From contig CAYGKB010000001.1 in NCBI GenBank assembly GCA_964350425.1, positions 1 through 29,418 on the forward strand: a stretch of 29,418 nucleotides of DNA, read 5' to 3'. The first letter of the stretch is position 1. Each line of letters opens with the position of its first letter. The notes beneath the pieces are model-generated. The model saw nothing but the letters and a program-made list of their open reading frames with translations, searched no databases and was not told the DNA's origin. The position numbers and the translations under genes are program-made. Origin of the DNA: an uncultured Chromatiaceae bacterium. GTDB lineage: Bacteria > Pseudomonadota > Gammaproteobacteria > Steroidobacterales > GCA-2729495. Positions 26,307 to 29,418 of the stretch are shown here, in pieces.

Positions 26307-27065
26307 TTAACTCTGGCGCACCCGGCGACGCACCCCGAGCATAGCCAGTGCGGAACCGAACAGCCAAACCGCTGCCGGCACGGGCACTACCGTGGGCAGT
26401 TGTGACCCCAGCTCCAGATTGTATTCGGCCGTAGCAGCCAGTGCCACAAAACCATTCCATGAACTTATAGTATTGATGGTAAACGGGTTCATCAGGTTAT
26501 TGGTATCAACGGTGCCGGTAAAACCCGGACCGTCGAGAATATCGCCGTAAGCAAAAAAGTTATCGGCACCGGTCCAGTCGGTCAGGGCATACGGAGGGCC
26601 GAAGGTCTCCAGCGGACCGCCACGACCTACATAGTTGCCGCCATATTGATAACCCGGGCCGCAGGCTGCGCCGTTAGCGCCGTTGCAGCTTACGCTGCCG
26701 GTCAGCAAGCGCATACTGGATCCCACTGTTTTCCAGTGAAAGTCTTCCATTGTCACGGTGTCATATTCCGGAGTATTCGGGTAATCGGGGTTCAGATCCC
26801 AGTTGGATGTCAGACTGCCCACCTGTGCAAGATCGAGCCAGATCACGGCGCCAGTCGTGTCATCGAAGGTGATGACGCCGGCAACCGCCATTTCCGGTCC
26901 GCCGTTGGCGGTAGTGGACAGCGTATTGGCCCCGATCTGACCCGGATTCCAGGTCTGCATGCCATCCCAGGAGCCGGTCACGGTATAAGAAACAGGCGCA
27001 GCGTTAATTGCGGCTGCAAGTGCCAGGCCTCCCAGTAGTGCAGAGAATTGAATTAAACGGCGCAT
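26307..27065 (-). CDS. VPLPA-CTERM sorting-domain surface protein 2
   Basis: Signal peptide MRRLIQFSALLGGLALAAAINA; SD GGGGGA; C-terminus VVPVPAAVWLFGSALAMLGVRRRVRQS. Start moved to ATG 27065. Confidence 0.93.
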   Translation of the reverse strand: MRRLIQFSALLGGLALAAAINAAPVSYTVTGSWDGMQTWNPGQIGANTLSTTANGGPEMAVAGVITFDDTTGAVIWLDLAQVGSLTSNWDLNPDYPNTPEYDTVTMEDFHWKTVGSSMRLLTGSVSCNGANGAACGPGYQYGGNYVGRGGPLETFGPPYALTDWTGADNFFAYGDILDGPGFTGTVDTNNLMNPFTINTISSWNGFVALAATAEYNLELGSQLPTVVPVPAAVWLFGSALAMLGVRRRVRQS

Positions 27066-27172
27066 AAGGTTTCCCCCAATTGTTTGCCAGTTGTTGTGAT
27101 TGTGTTCGTAGTCGGGAGACACCCGCCGCCTGTGGTACGCAGGCAATATTCAGCAGGTGTTTGCGACAATCT

Positions 27173-27188
27173 GTAACCTACAGGTTAC
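27173..27188. promoter_or_regulatory. Candidate operator, inverted repeat GTAACCT-AC-AGGTTAC
   Basis: Perfect 7-bp arms in the divergent region between the VPLPA gene and the MarR-like gene. Confidence 0.5.
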
Positions 27189-27339
27189 GCCGCATGGCAA
27201 GAAGCACAGTTTCGATAACGCAATTGTTGCGGTTCCGGAACGATCTGTCGGTACCGGCTCGACAACATCAGTTAGGATTAAACGTTCGACACCGGTCCGC
27301 CGACGAAGGCACCAAACAATACTGGAGAGTTGTGCACTT

Positions 27340-27744
27340 ATGGAAAAGGCCGCCATCAAACAGGAGTTTGCGGAACTGACGGGTCAGGAAGTTCAGGAGC
27401 TGATGTTTGAAATATTCAACCTGCTGGCCGAACATTTTGACGGCGACACCACACTGAACAGCCTGCGCATTGGCAACTACATCGGCCTGAAGTCCATTTA
27501 TTACGGCGTCCCGACCAATAACAAGGACATCGCTGCAACTCTGAATATTTCACCGTCGACGGTCTCAAGACTGGTTACCAACCTGATGCAGCTGGGCTAT
27601 ATCGGCGAGGAATCGCACCCCAGTGACGGTCGGGTCAGACTGGTCAGCATTCTGCAGGATCACCCGGAGCAGCAGGCTTTTGAAAGCTCCGTCAGAGAGG
27701 CGCTCGGCCAGGGATTCCGGCTGAAGAAATCAGTTTTAAACTAA
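27340..27744 (+). CDS. MarR-like winged-helix transcriptional regulator
   Basis: NNKDIAATLNISPSTVSRLVTNLMQLGYI (HTH), HPSDGRVRLVSI (wing); SD GGAGAG before ATG 27340. Confidence 0.85.
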   Translation: MEKAAIKQEFAELTGQEVQELMFEIFNLLAEHFDGDTTLNSLRIGNYIGLKSIYYGVPTNNKDIAATLNISPSTVSRLVTNLMQLGYIGEESHPSDGRVRLVSILQDHPEQQAFESSVREALGQGFRLKKSVLN

Positions 27745-27823
27745 GCACCCCAGCGGCATGGTTCGACGGCGCGGCATCTTCTAGAATGCCGTTTTCTACC
27801 GCCGGCGAGATGCGAGCTTTTTC

Positions 27824-28198
27824 ATGGGTAAAACCGGAGTGACCGGCCTGCGCCGCGTCTGGAATGCGTTGTTTTTTTCGCTGGCCGGCCTGCGGGCTGC
27901 CTGGCGCCATGAATCGGCGTTCCGCCAGGAAACCACGCTGTGTGTGCTGCTCATTCCGGCCGCCTTCTGGCTGGGCAGCAATGCCATTGAATACAGCCTG
28001 CTGGTCGGCACGCTGCTGCTGGTACTAATTACCGAGCTGCTGAATTCGGCGGTGGAAGCCGTGGTTGACCGTATCGGCGATGCACCGCACACCCTGTCCG
28101 GCCAGGCCAAGGACATGGGCTCGGCGGCGGTGCTGATCTCGCTGCTGCTGGTGGTGTTTGTCTGGGGCAGTATTGCCTGGCAGAAGTTTTACTCCTGA
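27824..28198 (+). CDS. dgkA: Diacylglycerol kinase
   Basis: SLAGLRAAWRHESAFRQE, ELLNSAVEAVVDRIG, AKDMGSAAV. Confidence 0.95.
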   Translation: MGKTGVTGLRRVWNALFFSLAGLRAAWRHESAFRQETTLCVLLIPAAFWLGSNAIEYSLLVGTLLLVLITELLNSAVEAVVDRIGDAPHTLSGQAKDMGSAAVLISLLLVVFVWGSIAWQKFYS

Positions 28199-28211
28199 GT
28201 CCGATTGCGCC

Positions 28212-29418
28212 ATGCCACATGCTGATTTTCGCAGCTTTCTGCAGACCGCTGACGAAGCCGGCCTGGTCAGAACGATCAGGCGGCAGGTCGATCCGCTGGA
28301 AGAACCCGGTTGCTACGTCAAACTGATGTTCCACGGGCTGCCGGAAAGCGATCGCTTCGGTTTTCGCTTTGCAGATGTCAGCGGCTCCGCTTTGCCGCTG
28401 GCCACCGCCGTGCTGGGTGCCTCGACACGCGCGTATGCGCTGGCGCTGGATATCGTCCCCGACGAGATAAACAACCATTGGCTGCGTGCTTTGCAGGCAC
28501 CGCTACCGACGCACCTGATACAGAGCGGCCAATGTCAGGAAAACGTGCTGACAGGTTCAGACGCGCGACTAGACCGGTTGCCGATACCGGTCTGGACGCC
28601 GGGTAAGGATCCGGCTCCCTATATCACGACGCTCACTGTGCTGCATAATGCCGAGACCGGCGTGCAGAATGTCGCTGTGTATCGCACCCAGGTTACGGAC
28701 TCCGGCCATGTCGTCGTCAATATCAATCCCGGCAGACAGGGCTATGACTGCATGCAAAGCAGTTTTGCACGCGGCGAACCGGCGCCCGTTGCATGGGTCA
28801 TCGGCGCTGAGCCGGAATGCTACGCCGCCGCCGTGGCAAATCTGCGGCCCGGTTTTGACGAACTTACCGTGGCAGGTGCGATGCGCGGCGCGCCCATTAA
28901 TATGGTGCAGGCCAAAACTTCGGCACTGCAGGTTCCGGCCAGCGCGGAAATCATCATCGAAGGCGAGATATTGCCGGATGCTGCCGCAGCCGAGGGGCCG
29001 TTCGGCGAATCTGCCGGCTACATGAGTGGCGGTGCGCCCAAGCCGGTGGCGCGCATTACCGCTATCACCCATCGCAATAACGCCTGCTATTACGGACTGG
29101 CCAGTCAGATGCCACCTTCCGAAAGCACCGTACTGCAAAGTCTGTCGAATGCCGGTGTGATAATGCACATGCTGCGCCACGAAGCGGGTGAAGAGCGCGT
29201 CGTTGATGCACACATTGATCTGATGTTCGGCGGCGGCGCTGCGCACATCATCATTGCCATGGATCCGGTTGATCGCGAACATGTGCGGCGCGTGGGCCGT
29301 CTGATTGCCGACCATACGCCCGTCAAGCGCATCACCATAGTCGATGCCGACATTGATATCCGTGATCGGCTCGAACTCGACTGGGTCATGAGCTCCCACT
29401 ACAACCCGGATCGCGATA
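28212..29418 (+). CDS. UbiD-family prFMN-dependent decarboxylase (3' truncated by the window edge)
   Basis: Hand translation from ATG 28212 is open to the window end: MPHADFRSFL..LPIPVWTPGKDPAPYIT..QNVAVYRTQV..PASAEIIIEG..EGPFGESAGYM..VDADIDIRD. Confidence 0.92.
   Translation, partial: MPHADFRSFLQTADEAGLVRTIRRQVDPLEEPGCYVKLMFHGLPESDRFGFRFADVSGSALPLATAVLGASTRAYALALDIVPDEINNHWLRALQAPLPTHLIQSGQCQENVLTGSDARLDRLPIPVWTPGKDPAPYITTLTVLHNAETGVQNVAVYRTQVTDSGHVVVNINPGRQGYDCMQSSFARGEPAPVAWVIGAEPECYAAAVANLRPGFDELTVAGAMRGAPINMVQAKTSALQVPASAEIIIEGEILPDAAAAEGPFGESAGYMSGGAPKPVARITAITHRNNACYYGLASQMPPSESTVLQSLSNAGVIMHMLRHEAGEERVVDAHIDLMFGGGAAHIIIAMDPVDREHVRRVGRLIADHTPVKRITIVDADIDIRDRLELDWVMSSHYNPDRD

Noticed and set aside
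25922-26460. Short ORFs between the two VPLPA genes (25922-26239, 26044-26460, 26085-26405)
   Set aside because: They overlap the riboswitch, promoter region and terminator, and have no protein-like features.
25844-27339. Sigma-54 promoter, often seen with PEP-CTERM genes
   Set aside because: I found no convincing TGGCAC-N5-TTGC upstream of either gene.
28569-29399. 276-aa minus-strand ORF
   Set aside because: Antisense shadow of the UbiD-family gene on the plus strand.

Overview
A GC-rich bacterial window, probably from a gammaproteobacterium (inference from gene content). It has four blocks. (1) 1-5.2 kb: housekeeping and stress genes (yggT, ATP10/YtfJ-like exported protein, TerB-family, alpha/beta hydrolase, YbhB/YbcL, FKBP PPIase, msrB, APC permease). 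(2) 5.3-18.7 kb: a Wzx/Wzy-type surface-polysaccharide locus with two glycosyltransferases, four sulfotransferases of at least three types, a secreted GH20 hexosaminidase, an O-antigen ligase/polymerase-family protein, a flippase, Wzz and a large multi-SLBB export protein. Strand alternates unusually often in this block. (3) 19-24.9 kb: an amidase/nitrilase-fold protein lacking the usual catalytic Cys motif, an Asp-box propeller with a CPCC motif coupled to TlpA, an NADP oxidoreductase, yaaA and a hydrolase. (4) 24.9-29.4 kb: hairpin repeats, two divergent paralogous VPLPA-CTERM surface proteins, a MarR-like regulator, dgkA and a partial UbiD-family gene absent from the ORF track. One VPLPA-CTERM gene is preceded by a c-di-GMP-I riboswitch whose P1 strand doubles as an anti-Shine-Dalgarno sequence. 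The best candidate for an undescribed system is a sulfated, glycosaminoglycan-like surface glycan together with c-di-GMP-switched VPLPA-CTERM proteins. All family calls come from motif recognition by eye; no searches were run.
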